64,000 nt of DNA from Sphyrna mokarran (Eukaryota). A model generated the notes under the pieces. That model was not told the origin of the DNA and did not search any database. It was given only the letters and a program-made list of their open reading frames with translations. The stretch covers positions 99,572,001 to 99,636,000 of the forward strand of contig JAGIQG010000005.1 in the NCBI GenBank assembly GCA_024679065.1. The letters run 5' to 3'. Position 1 is the stretch's first letter. Every line of letters starts with the position of its first letter. Below, piece after piece: positions 1 through 13,140 of this stretch. A program made the position numbers and the translations under genes.

Positions 1-1184
1 CTTTTGTTACCGTTAAGATGTCTGTCCTTCAGTAGCACCATTGTAATGGCTTTCTGCTAACTTTTCATTCAGTTAAAATTTGCATAATAAGTGAAGCAGT
101 CAGGCAAACTCTTGCATTCTGTTAGAACTGAAGGATAGGCTTTCAACACCTTGCCTTTGGCTATTTGTTTCCTCTGTAAAGAGGGTGGTTGTCTGATTTA
201 GATAAATTAAAATAAGCTAACATTGTCTAAAATGTGGTCCTGCTGTCCAGAGTTTCAGGACAATATGTAACTCTTCCAGTCAGTAGGCATGAAGTGCACT
301 TATAACTGCAAGTGTGCTGTCTGTGATATTGGTAGAGTTGCCAAATCTGGCTGGATATATTCCAGTTGATATTGGTGGAAGTGATGACATGAGAAGTCAA
401 CTCAGTGTCTGCCCAGTCCTTACCTCAAAAATTAGGTGTGTAATACTCATTCCTTAAAGAGATGTTTGGCTATTTGCAAATAGAAGTGAGGAGCTAGGGT
501 TTTAATGCCTCTGAGACCTCAGTCCAAGATTAATTTGCTCTAAGGCAATGGTGCAATGTTTGCACTTGTGTTGTGCGTAGAACTAATTTTATTAACAGTT
601 CTTCCTTAAAAGGACTATTGGAGGTCCAGTAAGTTTAGATGGTGTTGCAGCAGGCCAAATACACTGCTGGTTGTTGTCCGTAATTTGTGAAACCAGTACC
701 CTGATATCTGGTATGCCTCAGGCCTCTCAATTCACTTAGCAGAACCCTTTCAACCAGTGCTTGTGTGTGTGGAGTGCTCAGAGTTTCCAGAGTTACTGGA
801 GTAATTTTCAATCCTTTGGATGAATTTGGGTTCTAATGAACTTTGTAAATTCTGAAAAGTAATAGAAAGTTGTATCAAAGAAAGAACACAATTTCTTGAG
901 GCAGTTGTATGGTATTTTTGTTTATGGTCAAAGAGATTGTGAGGTTAAGAATATTGGTAGACCAAACACCATTGGAAGTAGGAGCGTCAAAACAAACGGG
1001 TAGTAGTTTTTGGGTGGATGTGCATTTTTTAAAAAAGGAATCGAAAGAATTTGAATTTTTTTATTATCTAATTGAAAGACATGGAGAAAATCAACGTAAT
1101 TACTCCTTCATTCATGGGAATTTTGTGCAATGATAACATATTTGAAGAAAGATGTTGGCTGTAGAATGGAATTACTCATAGGAT

Positions 1185-1478
1185 GTAGAATTCTTACAGT
1201 TCAGAAGAAAGTCATTTGGTCCATTGAGTCCACACCAACAACAACTCCACCCAGGCCCATTCTCCGTAATTCCGCACATTTACCCTGTTAATTCTCAGAA
1301 ACCAAGGGGAAATTTTAGCATAGCTCATCAACCTAATCTGTATCTCTGGAGTGTGGGTGGAAACTTACGTAGATGCAGTGAGAATGTGCAAACACCACAC
1401 AGTCACCCAAGGATGGAATTGAACCTGGGTTTCTGGCACTGTTATGCACCAGTGCTAATCACTGTGCTACTCTGCTCC
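1185..1478 (-). mobile_element. V-SINE (HE1-like) with CR1-type tail
   Basis: Minus strand has a tRNA-like head (GCACAGTGATTAGCACTG..GGTTCAATTCC), a V-domain (GTGTGGTGTTTGCACATTCTC) and a ..CTGTAAGAATTCTA tail. Confidence 0.75.
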
Positions 1479-2734
1479 CGTAAGAATAAAAGCAAAGAGT
1501 GTGGAGTGAAGAAAATTATGAAAAGAGTCAGAAAAATATGTACACCTGTAGACCTTCTGTTGATTTACAATAGTGTATGTTGGGAACTTGGAATTGTGAT
1601 TTTCTGAGTTCCAGCATTTGTTTAGAATGTGTGGTTGCACAATCCAGAGATACTTGATGTGACTTGTTTGGTTGGAGAGGAAATATTTTGAAGCTTAAAC
1701 ATTCACTAAAATATTTACAATAGTCAAATTAGAGCTGTGCTTGATCTTCTGAGAGGTCCAGAAACTTAAGGCAAATAAAGTGCAATTAAACACATAGTTC
1801 GCGTTCTGGTATTCTGCAAGATGAGTGCCTATGTTGTGAGGATTGCAGGATGGGGGTTAACAAGGATATGGTCAACATTTTTGATGATTAAATGCAGACT
1901 GAGAAAAAAATGTTTCAAGCAAGGGAGTGGCGCCTTAGGTACTGAAATGGTGTATATAACAAAATAGTGCTAATTGTTATAAATCTGTATTCCTGAAAGC
2001 ATAATTTTGTTGTTCAGTCTGCTTATCTGTGGTGTATCAACCACAGTGCATTCCCTGATATGATTTGGGAACCACTGTAGCATGCCTCTTAATTAAAGTA
2101 AATTTTGATTTCAAAGTTGATTTGTCATCATTTGTAACTGATTGGAGTATCTAAAGTTTGAAACAATTTCACTTGATCCATCCTCGGGTTTCATGCCCAG
2201 ATGTTTTATGGGCTAAATATAGTTGCCCATTTTCTGTAGCTTTTTTTTTGAAGCTAAACTTAACCATTCCTCTATAAATGGCAAAAGAAATCCTGAAATG
2301 TGGTGTGGCTAAATTGATGCAGATATTAATTTTAGTGTTCCCACAGCTCCCATCCTTTATCAGACGTGTTCCACTACATTGAAGCAACTGGTTATCTGTA
2401 TTCGGATGCATTGCTCTGGGACATTGCTTCATGTAAAGCCTTAATTTGTGATCTTACTAGCTTCATAATTCTGCACATTTAATCAGATTTCATAAAGCTG
2501 TTCCAAAGAACCTCACCATGAGTTACTTTTGAAGGAGAATAGTTTATAGTACCACTGTAAGGAGTGGTGAAATATCATTGCAGTTTGACAAATAACTTTG
2601 AATACCCTCAAAAAGGTAGTCAAAGATTCCTTGCTGTACTTGAATCTGTCAGTTTGCAGACACAACAATCGTTTCAATCCTGTAACTGATTCATTTTATG
2701 AAGTGTTGTACTTAGAATGTTAGAGGACTATTAA

Positions 2735-3022
2735 AGTTTATTTATAACTGTCATAAGTAGGGCTTACATTAACACTGCAATGAAGTTACTGTGAAAATCC
2801 TCTCCTCCGGCATCTGTTCAGGTACACCGAGGGAGAATTTAGCATGGCCAATTCACCTGACCAACAAGTCTTTTGGACCTTGGAAGGAAACTGGAGCACC
2901 TGGAGGAGACACATGCAAACACAGGGAGAATGTGCAGACTCTGCACAGACAGTAATTGAGGCAGTGAAGTAGCATTGACTGGCTGCGAAGCAGCAGTGCT
3001 AACCCCTGTGCCACTGTGCTTC
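2735..3022 (-). mobile_element. V-SINE with alternative (Rex1-like) tail
   Basis: V-domain followed by GGATTTTCACAGTAACTTCATTGCAGTGTTAATGTAAGCCCTACTTATGAC. Confidence 0.7.
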
Positions 3023-3845
3023 CCTTAAATATATAAATGCAAATGTTTGCTGCTTGTGAATTGATAGAAAATGGATTCTCCAGTCATTGCAAAGCAGCAG
3101 TCAGCAAAGATAATTTGCGTGCCCAGATGAGGAAAGTGCAAGTGTCATTCATTTTGCTGTGCTTAAATTGAAGTCCTCCAGTCAGGTCATATTTTCAGCT
3201 CTGCATTCAGTTCTGATCACTGAGATACAAGGCAATAATTCATGCCCTATGGATAACGTACAAAGGGTCAGAGGGGCTGTTTCATTGGGTTATAAGAACT
3301 TGATCTCGGGTAGACTATTACAAACTCAAAAGCTTCAGGCTTTAAAGAAGGAGATTACAAGGGACTTTGGAAATATGCAAGTAGAATGGCAAGTTAAAGG
3401 TTACAACTGTTATTGTAAGACAAAGGAATCCAATTCTAAACTGCCAGAAAGGCAAGCAGGTGAAATATTTCAGGAAGAATTTCTTTATGCAGAATCTTTA
3501 CTGGTTGCAATGTCTTTTTAGTTGGGAGAACATAAGAAATAGGAGCAGGAGTAGGCCATTTAGCCCCTCAAGCCTGCCCCACCATTCAATAAGATCATGG
3601 CTGATCCGACAGAGGTTCGGTTCCACTTACCAGTCTGTTCCCCATAACCCTTAATTCCCTTATTGATCAGAAATCTGTGATTTAAGCATATTTAACTAGG
3701 TAGCCTTGTTTAATATGGGAGAGTGGACAAAAACTCTGAAATAATTCAACAGATGTTTTGAGTGAATATGGGCTTGATGTAAAGTAAGATTATGTGAAAT
3801 GAAGAGCTAAGTGGACTCCTCCCTATGTATATAGAATTAGGGAAT

Positions 3846-4800
3846 GTTAAGCCTACAATCTACATCAAAATATTGATCATCCTCAATACTGGTGCCTCAT
3901 AAGGCTTTGTCCTCAGCTGCCGACTATACTCCTTATATACCTATGACTGTGCAGTCAAATTCCCCTCCAATTAAATTTTCAAGTTTGCTGATGACACCAT
4001 CGTAGTGGGTCTCCAACTATGACAAGATTGAATAGAGGAATGAGAGAGAGAATCCGCAAACTGATGCGGCGACAATAATCTCTGCCTCAATGTCAGCAAA
4101 ATGAAGGAGATTGTCTTCGACTTTAGGAAGTGTAAACATCAATGAGGATGAAGTAGAAAGAGTTGAGAGCTTCAAATTTTCAGGTGTCTAGATCATCAAC
4201 AACCTGTTCTGGTCTCCCCATTACGACACTATACAGGAAGAAAGCCTGCCAATGTCTCTACTTTCTGAGAAGTCTAAGGAAATTTAGTGTCTTAGCTACA
4301 ACTCTCACCAACTTTTACAGATGCACCATCGAAACCATTCATTCTGTTTATATCACAGCTTAGTATGGCTCCTTCTCTGCCCAAGACTGCAAGAAACTAC
4401 AAAAGGTTGTGAGTATAGACCAGTCCATCATGCAAAGCAGCTTCACATCCATTGACTCTGTCTACACTTCCTGCTGCCTTGGTGAAGCAGCCAGCATAAT
4501 TAAGGACCAACGCACCCCGGATATTCTCTCTTCCAGCTTTTTCTATTGGGGGAAAAAAATTACAAAAGTCTGAGATCATTTACCAACCGACTCAAGAACA
4601 GCTTCTTCCCTGCTGCTGTTAGACTTTTGAATGGACCTACCTCATACTAAATTGATTTTTCTGTACATCCTAGCTACAACTGTAACGCTACATTCTGCAC
4701 TTTCTTATTTCCTTCTCTGAGTGGTATGCTTTGTCTGTATAGCATGCAAGAAATGATACTTTTCATTATGCTAATACATGTGACAATAAGAAATCAAAAT
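3846..4800 (+). mobile_element. Rex1/Babar LINE, 3' fragment (decayed RT)
   Basis: Degenerate GAPQGCVLS/LYSLYTYDC/KFADDT motifs and KKACQCLYFLRSLRKF..LTNFYRCTIE. Tail ..ACATGTGACAATAAGAAATCAAA. Confidence 0.8.
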
Positions 4801-6433
4801 ACAGAATCTGGTCACTAGCATGTTGCTATTTGTGGACGTTTGCTGTATTTGCATGGCACAGGAGTTTGCACACAGCAGTGTCTCCTGCAACAGTGACTAC
4901 ACATCAAAAAAAAACTTCAGTAAGTGCTTTGAGACATCCAGTGGTTGTGGAAGATTCTTGAGAAATGCAAGCGTTTTTCTATTTTAGAATTTACGGAATA
5001 CAAACAACCCATTTGGTCCAACAGGACTATGCCAATGTTCACATTCCGTACAAAACTCCTCAACCCCACTTCTTTCCCATCTGCAATATACCTGCAGTGT
5101 GTAGGTGAATGCTAAAGGAATGCACTTTAAGATATAATGGGATGTGTATGAAGGAGTCAATAAGGTGAGCACACAAGGATCACTTACTCATGAGTTGATT
5201 TTAGTGGGGATGGATTATGCTTGGCCAGCTCACTCTCAGTCCCGTACAGCTGTTCTTGGGGCATTGACAAACCAGGGCAATTTGAGACGTGTTTCAGTGC
5301 CATGGATGATCTGCGGCTGTGTTCACGAACTTTACAGTTGACAACACAGCAGTTCTACGATACTTTCAGCACCATAAGGGATACCATTTCTTCTGCTATA
5401 ACTGTCAAAGCAACTTCATTTGTGTGACTTGAAAAAGTGTGGCTGAAATTCTTGTGTACACCAGCCTGCATGCAGTGCTCACCTGAATATAGCTGTGTGG
5501 TGGCTGGTGTGCACAGGTAGCTATGTGGAACCACAGGTGAGAGCGGTGAGGCCAGCTGAAGTTTATCGATTCACCTGTGGAAGTATGGGCCCAGTATCTG
5601 TCAAGCAGCTGACTCATTCATCCCAATTTCATCTAACCCTGTCAATATATCCTTCTATTCCTTTTTCCTTTCCTATATGCAACAGTTTCCCCAAAATATA
5701 TCAATGCTATTCATCTCCACTGCTCCATGTGGCAACAAATTCTGCATTTCCTCAATTCTATGTTGGATGGAGCACAGTATGCTACTGCCATGATTTTCTC
5801 TGTCCAATGTGAACAATGCCTGCAGGTACCTACTGGTATCTCAGGAGATAGAAAATGGTAAATTCCATGTTGTTGACATTAAAAAAAATTATGTACACAA
5901 GTGGAATGAATCAACATTTGTAAATCACAGACATTGTGTTCTCAAATATCAGTCTGTTCTTTGTGCAGTTTAATCCTGATTTTAATAATTTACTTTTACC
6001 AGTAACTTCTACTATAGGAGAAATATGAGGCTCCTGAGATCAAGGGTAACTGTTTCTGGTTCAAATCAGGCCACTCAATATGTTAGCTTAGACGTAATGC
6101 ATGAGGTATTTCTATGTTTCATGGCTGAGAGATCAGAAACAATTTAAGTATAATTGAACAATTTGCCCTGTATGTAATACTAGGGTGGGTGGTGGTTTTA
6201 TCCTGCTCTTTGTATTTTTTTACCCACCAAATAACAGGCTATTGTAATTGACTGGTGTATTTCAATTGGGATGACATTGTACCTAATCATTTAAACCAAC
6301 TCAATATTGGGCTTTATTTGCTAGTTTCAGACGAACATTGTACCCTGTACAATGTAGAGTACCACTGCATAGTTACCAGTGTATTGTGTTCATAGAGGGT
6401 CTAAGCTCTAGAAAGCCGGTAACAGAATTGTGT

Positions 6434-6743
6434 GTCTTTTGTTTTTATTCCAGTTCAATCCAGTCAAGTCCAATTCAGAGTCTCATCAAGTGAGACATTC
6501 CCGATCCAAGCTGACAAGACGGGACTCTCACCTCCTGTCTTGGGCTTGATCTACATGATCCAAACTGATTGGAGTAGGTAAAGCTCCTCCTCCAAGACTT
6601 GATCTCATTTGCATCTGAGCCAAAAAGGCTGAGGTGTCGCTTTTAAAAATTGCTTCAAGTGAAGCTAAAATGTAACCTAATGACTTCAGCCAAGTTCAGC
6701 ATGTCGATACTACATTTGATTTTAGCCAAAAGGCCAAGAAGCA
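6434..6743 (-). mobile_element. U2 snRNA-headed short retroposon (SINEU-like), copy A
   Basis: The minus strand begins GCTTCTTGGCCTTTTGGCTAAAATCAAATGTAGTATC (U2 nt ~4-40). A ~270-nt body shared with 57800-58110 follows, ending A-rich (GGAATAAAAACAAAAGAC). It is flanked by an 8-bp direct repeat, AATTGTGT (6426-6433 and 6744-6751). Confidence 0.85.
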
Positions 6744-6849
6744 AATTGTGTTAATTCTGACTAGGGCCGTGAGTTATTATTGAAGGTTGATTTTTGTTTT
6801 GAAGAATAATGTGACAAAACAGGTGTTATTGGACCACAGCATTAGGATA

Positions 6850-7200
6850 GGTGATGGTGCTGTGGTATTGTCACTGAGCTACGTTCACAACCTTTTGTAA
6901 TTTCTTGTGATCTTGGTCAGAGCACAGCAATACCAAGATGTGATATGTTTGGAAAGGATGCTTTCTGTGGTACATCTGTAAAAATTGTTGAGAATCATAG
7001 CTGACGTGCCAAATTTCGGAAGGAAATCTGTCACTCTTATATGGTGTGGTTTGCATATGACTCCAAATTCTCAGCAATATGGCTGATTCTTAACTGTCCT
7101 CTGAAACCGGTCAGCAAGCCACTCAATTCAAGGGCAGTTAGGAATGGGCATTAAATACCTGACCATTCAGTGACGCTCATCCCATGAACGAATATTTTAA
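6850..7200 (+). mobile_element. Same tRNA-headed SINE family, middle replaced by an inverted Rex1 fragment (~6883-7017)
   Basis: Head GTGGTATTGTCACTG, then the reverse complement of Rex1 3' coding sequence (similar to 4280-4420), then the body GGAAGGAAATCTG.. and the tail CAAGGGCAGTTAGGAATGGGC..CCCATGAACGAAT. Confidence 0.65.
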
Positions 7201-7724
7201 AAATGCAATGCTCAAGTGCTGGGGTTATTCAGCAGTTGGCATGCAGGTCAGCAGTAGGGGAACTCCTTTTGATCTTGCCACCTCCTTCCAATTCTGCAGA
7301 GTTTCCAGATTTGCAAGGCCAGTAAAGAAAATCATTTCCTGATTCTGCCATATTATAAAAGTGTCAACATTGAAGCAGATTGAATGTTTGGATGTGACAA
7401 GTCATTCTTTTATGTGATTAAGTGAGTTGATCATTGTTAGATTTGAGTAGTCATTGATTTTCCTGAGATGGAAAAAGGACTAGCTGAATTAGCTAGTAGA
7501 AACGAGGGAAAAGTATACCATGCAGTCATTTTATGACTTTGTTGGAAGATTTGGAAAGTGGGCCCTTTTGCAGTGTAAACGGGGCAGATTTTCATTGTTC
7601 CTTTTAGCTTTGGGACTTAGACTAGAATTCCTTGTGTGAACTCTTTTCGTGAAGTTTTCTTTGGAATTTAGTCTTTTGATAAGATCATTAGCTTTGCTGG
7701 GCAATCCTAGATACTGGCAGGAAT

Positions 7725-8815
7725 GTGACTAAAAGCATTGGAACATTGAACAATCAAAGGATCAGAGTTAATCTGAGGCAGGCAAAAAGTATAAGGAAAA
7801 GTCAAACCAATAATCACCCCCAAGGCTCAGTACTGGCTCCAACCATGTTTAATCTGTACACAAATGATCTTCCAAAAACTACTTCCCAAAAATTCATACT
7901 TGCCAGAGACATTTGTCTAGCAAAGATGATTCCTAACTTTGATACCTTGGACCAGATCCTAAGCTAGGACTTATTAAAACCTGAATGATGCTGCAATATG
8001 TGGCAAATCGAGCCAAACTCTGCAAAATCAGTATCCAGCTTATTCTGTCTTCACAATGTGAAAACGAATAAACAGCTCAGCATCCAAATGAATGGCTATA
8101 AGTCAAAGCACCACCCAACACCAACATACCTCAGAGTGACCCTGGATTGCTAAGATCAAGTCCAGAAGCAACTTGATTGAGCAGACTGCTTTGGCAATGT
8201 GGGATGCTGCTGTCAGCATTCAGCAAACCTCAGCATCGTACTCTTTTGTACTCCATTGCAGAATGTTGCACACTGTTTGGTCAAGATCTACACATGCACA
8301 TGCACACCACCAAGCTGAATACTATCTTATGTATCATTGCTGGAACACTGCTCCCAGTCCTGGCCAACATTACTCCTCCACATCCACCCACTTACAGCAA
8401 CCACAAAATGATAGAAGAAGTTGGCAATGCTTCTGCCCCACCTTCGTGCTGATCTAATCAGTCCAAGGTAAGCCTCGTATTAAGAAGACTGATCTGGAAA
8501 AGCCCTCCCACTCAGGACTAACCTGGACAAATGAATGGGAATCGTTGGACATGACTAACAAATACCTAGTCCTCAATCCAACAGTTGCCTGAATTTCAGC
8601 CTTCCAAGCAAAGAATGGTCCATCCTCAACAGGTTCAGTCAGGACTGGTCATGGCTGCTGCTCACCCAATCTCCACAGATGGGCACTGCTGCGTATGTAT
8701 CTGCAAAAGGGAGAAGACTGTACCACACCACTGAAGAGTGTCCAATCTAGACTCAGCAGAGGCCTATCCGCACTCCACACAACAAGACAGGGAGAAACTG
8801 CTGGGTTCCTGATGA
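7725..8815 (+). mobile_element. Vingi (Ingi-related) LINE, decayed RT/C-terminal fragment
   Basis: PQGSVLAPTMFNLYTNDLPKTTSQKFI..DICLA, YLRVTLD, YSIAECCT..WSRSTH and LPVLANITPP match Vingi-type RT motifs as recalled. Confidence 0.65.
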
Positions 8816-9627
8816 CATCTTTTCATTCATCTTCCCTTTATTTTCTCCTTGTGATGGTGCTGACTCTTGATGGTGTACAATTCCTCAGCTGCCAGCAATC
8901 TTCAGTATTTTATGCAAGTGATCATTCTTAATGTAAGATGAGTGTTGAAAGGCAATTCTCCATGGCTGACCTGATCTTTTTTTTTCCAGTGATTTTTTTT
9001 TTTCAAAATTCCCCACTGCCCTTTCCTGGGAATATGTAGAGAAGTTATAACAGTTTCCCCACTCCCATTCTGTTTAACTTGTTACAGATCAAGATTAAAT
9101 TTTAGACTTTCTTGATTTGCCTGACACTATTATCACACTGTCTGAAGTATTACTCCCTATAAGTGAAGCTATGAGCAAAGTCTAAGAGGTTGGACAATAA
9201 AACCCGAAGTGTATCTTTAAATTTTTAAGTGCACTTAAAAGTTAGTGTCTCATGTTAGCCGGCATTTTCAAGGGAACAAGGAAAGAATTAAAAATGCAAA
9301 TGCCTGCACCTTATTACACACAGCCCAAAGATTTATGCTGTTTTATTCCAGAATTTGTTTTCCAAGGAAACTACAGTGCATCTGCAGAATCCAAAAAGTA
9401 TTACATTCACAGTCATAAATCATAACTGACATTGATACTTGGCTCAGACTATTTAAAATATTACCCATTTTAGGGTGGCTGTTTAAATGAGGAACTTTGT
9501 TTTCAAAACTCAGACTGTCCTGTACTGCTCTTGAAATGTTTGTGTAGTGAGTAACCGTAACTGTGGAGGCATATGCACTAGGTGGGGGAGATAGGAAATA
9601 TTCATTACATCAGACTTTCAGTTAGTT

Positions 9628-9653
9628 TCCCCCCCCCCCCCCCCCCCCCCCCC
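9628..9653. repeat. Poly-C homopolymer (others: poly-G ~16009-16038, poly-C ~25397-25424)
   Basis: Uninterrupted runs of about 25-30 nt. Confidence 0.95.
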
Positions 9654-10834
9654 AATCCACCCTTTGACTTTGTAGTTTTGGTTTGTTTTCTGGTCTCCTG
9701 TAAAGTTACAGGTCAGTCCTGCTAGTTTCTCTAGAAGTAAATGACAGCATCATAGGGGGTTAGTTATTTATCTCCTCAACGCACTCCACCCCAAGAAGTA
9801 ATGTATCCATGCCCCCCTCTGTTGACTTGGCTGCAGTTGCAAATTGAATAAACCTTTTCAAAAGGTGGCTTCTACACAATATTATGACTGCATGGAGAAA
9901 AACTGAAATCATCTATTCCAACAGTGAAATGGCTTATTTTAGTGCCTTTACAGACTATTAGCAGTTGAAATATTTGTTTGAAAGATAAGTGAGCCAGCAA
10001 TGCCAGTTAAGTAGTCAGTGATGATTCGGCCCCATTTTAAAGGCAACTTGGCTGCAAGACGAAAGTAAAACACGCTTACACAATGAGGTTTTCAGTTCAT
10101 TTTGGGTCACGTTCCAGGTTTCAAATATAGAAAAATAACTATAATTTTTATTCCACACCTGGCCAGAAATGCGTTCATCCAATACTATTTATTCATGGAA
10201 CAAGTAGGCTCAGCTAACTTACTTTCATCTCATTCTCTTAAAAATGTCTTGTTAATATTTGTTGGGCATGAAATAGCATTAGAGGGGGTACAAGGCATGT
10301 CTGGGTGGAAGAAATGGTTGTTTAGTATGATAGCACTTTTAGAAGAGATCTTTGTTCTGCACGTAAACAAAATCTGCTTTCATGAGAATGGAATATATTT
10401 CAATTAAATCCTTGTTAAATGTGCAGCAACAGCAATACCCCTGATTTTTGTGACTAAAAACCATAAAATTGAAAACAGAATTTGGAATACTTCATGTTGG
10501 GTAAATCACTGCAGGCTGAATTTCAGTTAAGCTGGCATGGAGTTTGAGCTAAAACAGCTTTCTATTCTGAATTTGGAACAGCTTGGTCTTGTTTAATATC
10601 GTGTAGAGTAACAGTTGGCCATTGGAGATGAAGTGCGTGTGGTCCTCTTTCCACTGTGTGAAAACAAAACCAAAACTGTCTGCGTCACCTTGACTATTTT
10701 TTTGTGCAACCAAGGTATAAAAGCTAACTTGAAACAAAAGAATAGGTGGCTTAACGGGAGGGGTGACCAAACTGATATATCAGTGAATTTAGCGTAATTA
10801 TCAATTAATTTTCCACCTTTTTGCTTATTTTGGA

Positions 10835-11095
10835 CAGCATAGTAAACACTGCTACCTCAGAGTGCCAGGGACCTGGATCAATTCTCGCCTTGGGTCAGTG
10901 TCACGTGGAGTTTGCGTGTTTTTCCTCCAGCTACTCCAGTTTCTTCTCACAGTCCTAAGATGTGTGGATTGGGTGGATTAGCCACATTAAATTGGCCCTA
11001 GTGTCAGGGGAACTTACAGGATAAATATGTGGGGTTAGGGACTGGCTGAAATTATTATTTCTGCACGCTTGATGGGTTGTAAGATTCTACGATTC
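10835..11095 (+). mobile_element. V-SINE (HE1-like)
   Basis: CACTGCTACCTCAGAGTGCCAGGGACC head, GTGGAGTTTGC V-domain, GATTCTACGATTC tail. Confidence 0.7.
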
Positions 11096-11576
11096 CACTC
11101 ATCCCCTCTTCCAAAAAATGTTGAGATATTCCTGATTGTGGAGGTAATCTACACAAATCAGCACAAGACTCTTGGATTAATGAATAAGGGGCCTAGAGTA
11201 AGGTGAGGGTAAATAATTGACTCTACTGTCCTTGGGCGATTGGGACAGAAGAGGTAAATCAGCCAGCTTTCCCAGGCCTCCAGTTATCCTGATAGGACAT
11301 GTGCTTTTGTGAACACAAGGTGGGACAGGCAGTCGAATGGTCTGCTATTACTTGCTGATGACCATTGCAAATCAGTAATGGCTACTTTGGTAAAGTACCA
11401 GGAGGAACTGTGTGCATGTATTCACACTTTTAAGGAGAAATGTGGGAAATTCGAAGTCTGAGAAGAGAGTGTTCTAAACTTTGAGCACAGATGTGGTTGC
11501 CATTATGTATTGAGATCAATAATTTGCATGCAGTCAAAAAGGGAATATAGCTTGAACAATGGATATTAATTAGCAC

Positions 11577-13140
11577 CATAAGAACATAAGAAATAGGAGC
11601 AGGAGCAAGCATCTACCCCTTCGAGCCTGCCCCCCCGCCCCCAATAAGATCATGGCTGATCTGAAAGTGGTTCAGTTCCATTTACCCGCCCCCGCCTGTA
11701 GCCCATAACCCATAATCGCTTTATTGATCAGAAATCTATCTACCTGTGACTTAAACGTATTCAGTGAGGTAGCCTCCACCACTTCAATTCCAAAGATTCA
11801 CTACTCTCTGAGAGAAGAAGTTTCTCTTCAACTCTGTTTTAAACTGACTCCCCTGTATTTTGAGGCTGTGTCCTTTAGTTCTTGTTTCCTTTCTAAGTGG
11901 AAAGAATCTCTCCACCTCTACCCTATTTAGCCCCTTCATTATCTTATATGTCTCTATAAGATCACTGCTCAGCCTTCTAAACTCTGAGTCCAGGCCCAAT
12001 CTACTCAATCTCTCCTCATAACCTAACCCCCTCATCTCTGGTATCAACCTTGTGAACCTTCTCTGTACTCCCTTAAAGGCCAATATATCCTTTCGCAAAT
12101 AAGGGGACCAAAACTGCACACAGTACTCCAGTTATAGCCTCACTAGTGCCCTGTACAGTTGCAGCAAGACCTCCCTGCTTTTATATTCTATCCCTGTTGC
12201 AATAAAGGCCAACAATCCATTCTCCTTCTTGATCATCTTCTGCACTTGCAGACTGAGTTTTTGAGATTCCATGCACAAGGACCCCCAGGTCCCTCTGCAC
12301 AGTAGCATGTTGTAATTTTTCACTATTTAAATAATAGTACATTTTACTATTATTCCTTCCAAAGTGGATAACCTCACACTTGCCAACGTTATACTCCATC
12401 TGCCAGCTCCTCGCCTGCCCACTCACTCAGCCTATCCAAATCTCTCTGCAAACTTTCTGCGTCCTCCAAGCAATTTACTTTCCCACTCATCTTTGTGTCA
12501 TCGTCAGTCCCCTCCTCCAGATTGTCTATGTATACGATAAACAGTTGAGGCCTCAGCACCGAGCCCTGCGGCACGCCACTAGTCACCAACTGCCAACCAG
12601 AAAAGCACTCATTTATTCCAACTCTCTGCTTCCTGTTAGAAAGCCAATCTTCAATCCACGTTAACACTTTACCACCAACTCCCTGTGGCACTTTATCGAA
12701 CGCCTTCTAGAAATCTAAAAAACACCACATCGACCAGTTCCTCTCTGTCAATTGTACTCGTTACATCTTCCTAAAAATCCAGTAAATTCGTCAAACACGA
12801 CTTCCCCTTCAAGAATCCATGCTGCGTCTGCTTGATAGAATCATTCTTTTCCAAGTGTCCTGCTATTTCTTCTTTGATGGATTCCAGCATTTTCTCAACT
12901 ATGGATGTTAAGCTAACCAGCCTGTAGTTATCCGCCTTTTGTCTACTTCCTTTTTTAAACAGAAACGTAACATTAGCTGTTTTCCAATCAGCTGGCACTT
13001 CCAGAGTCCAGTGATAAATTACTACAAATGCATCTGCTATTACTTCTGCCATTTCTTTCAGTACCCTGGAATGCATTCCATCTGGGCCTGGGGACTTGTC
13101 TACCTTCAGTCCCATTAGTCTACAAAGCACTACCTCTTAA
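11577..13140 (-). mobile_element. CR1 LINE 3' 1.6 kb (decayed RT)
   Basis: ORFs KSPGPDGMH..WKTANV..QHGFLKGKSCLTNL, GVPQGSVL, WQMEYNVGKCEVIHFG and VQRRFTRLIP; (TTCTTATG)n tail. Confidence 0.92.

Noticed and set aside
11577-13140. Active reverse transcriptase gene or prokaryotic retron/CRISPR-type system
   Set aside because: All RT pieces in the window are frameshifted vertebrate LINE fragments, and there is no repeat-spacer array or operon-like structure.
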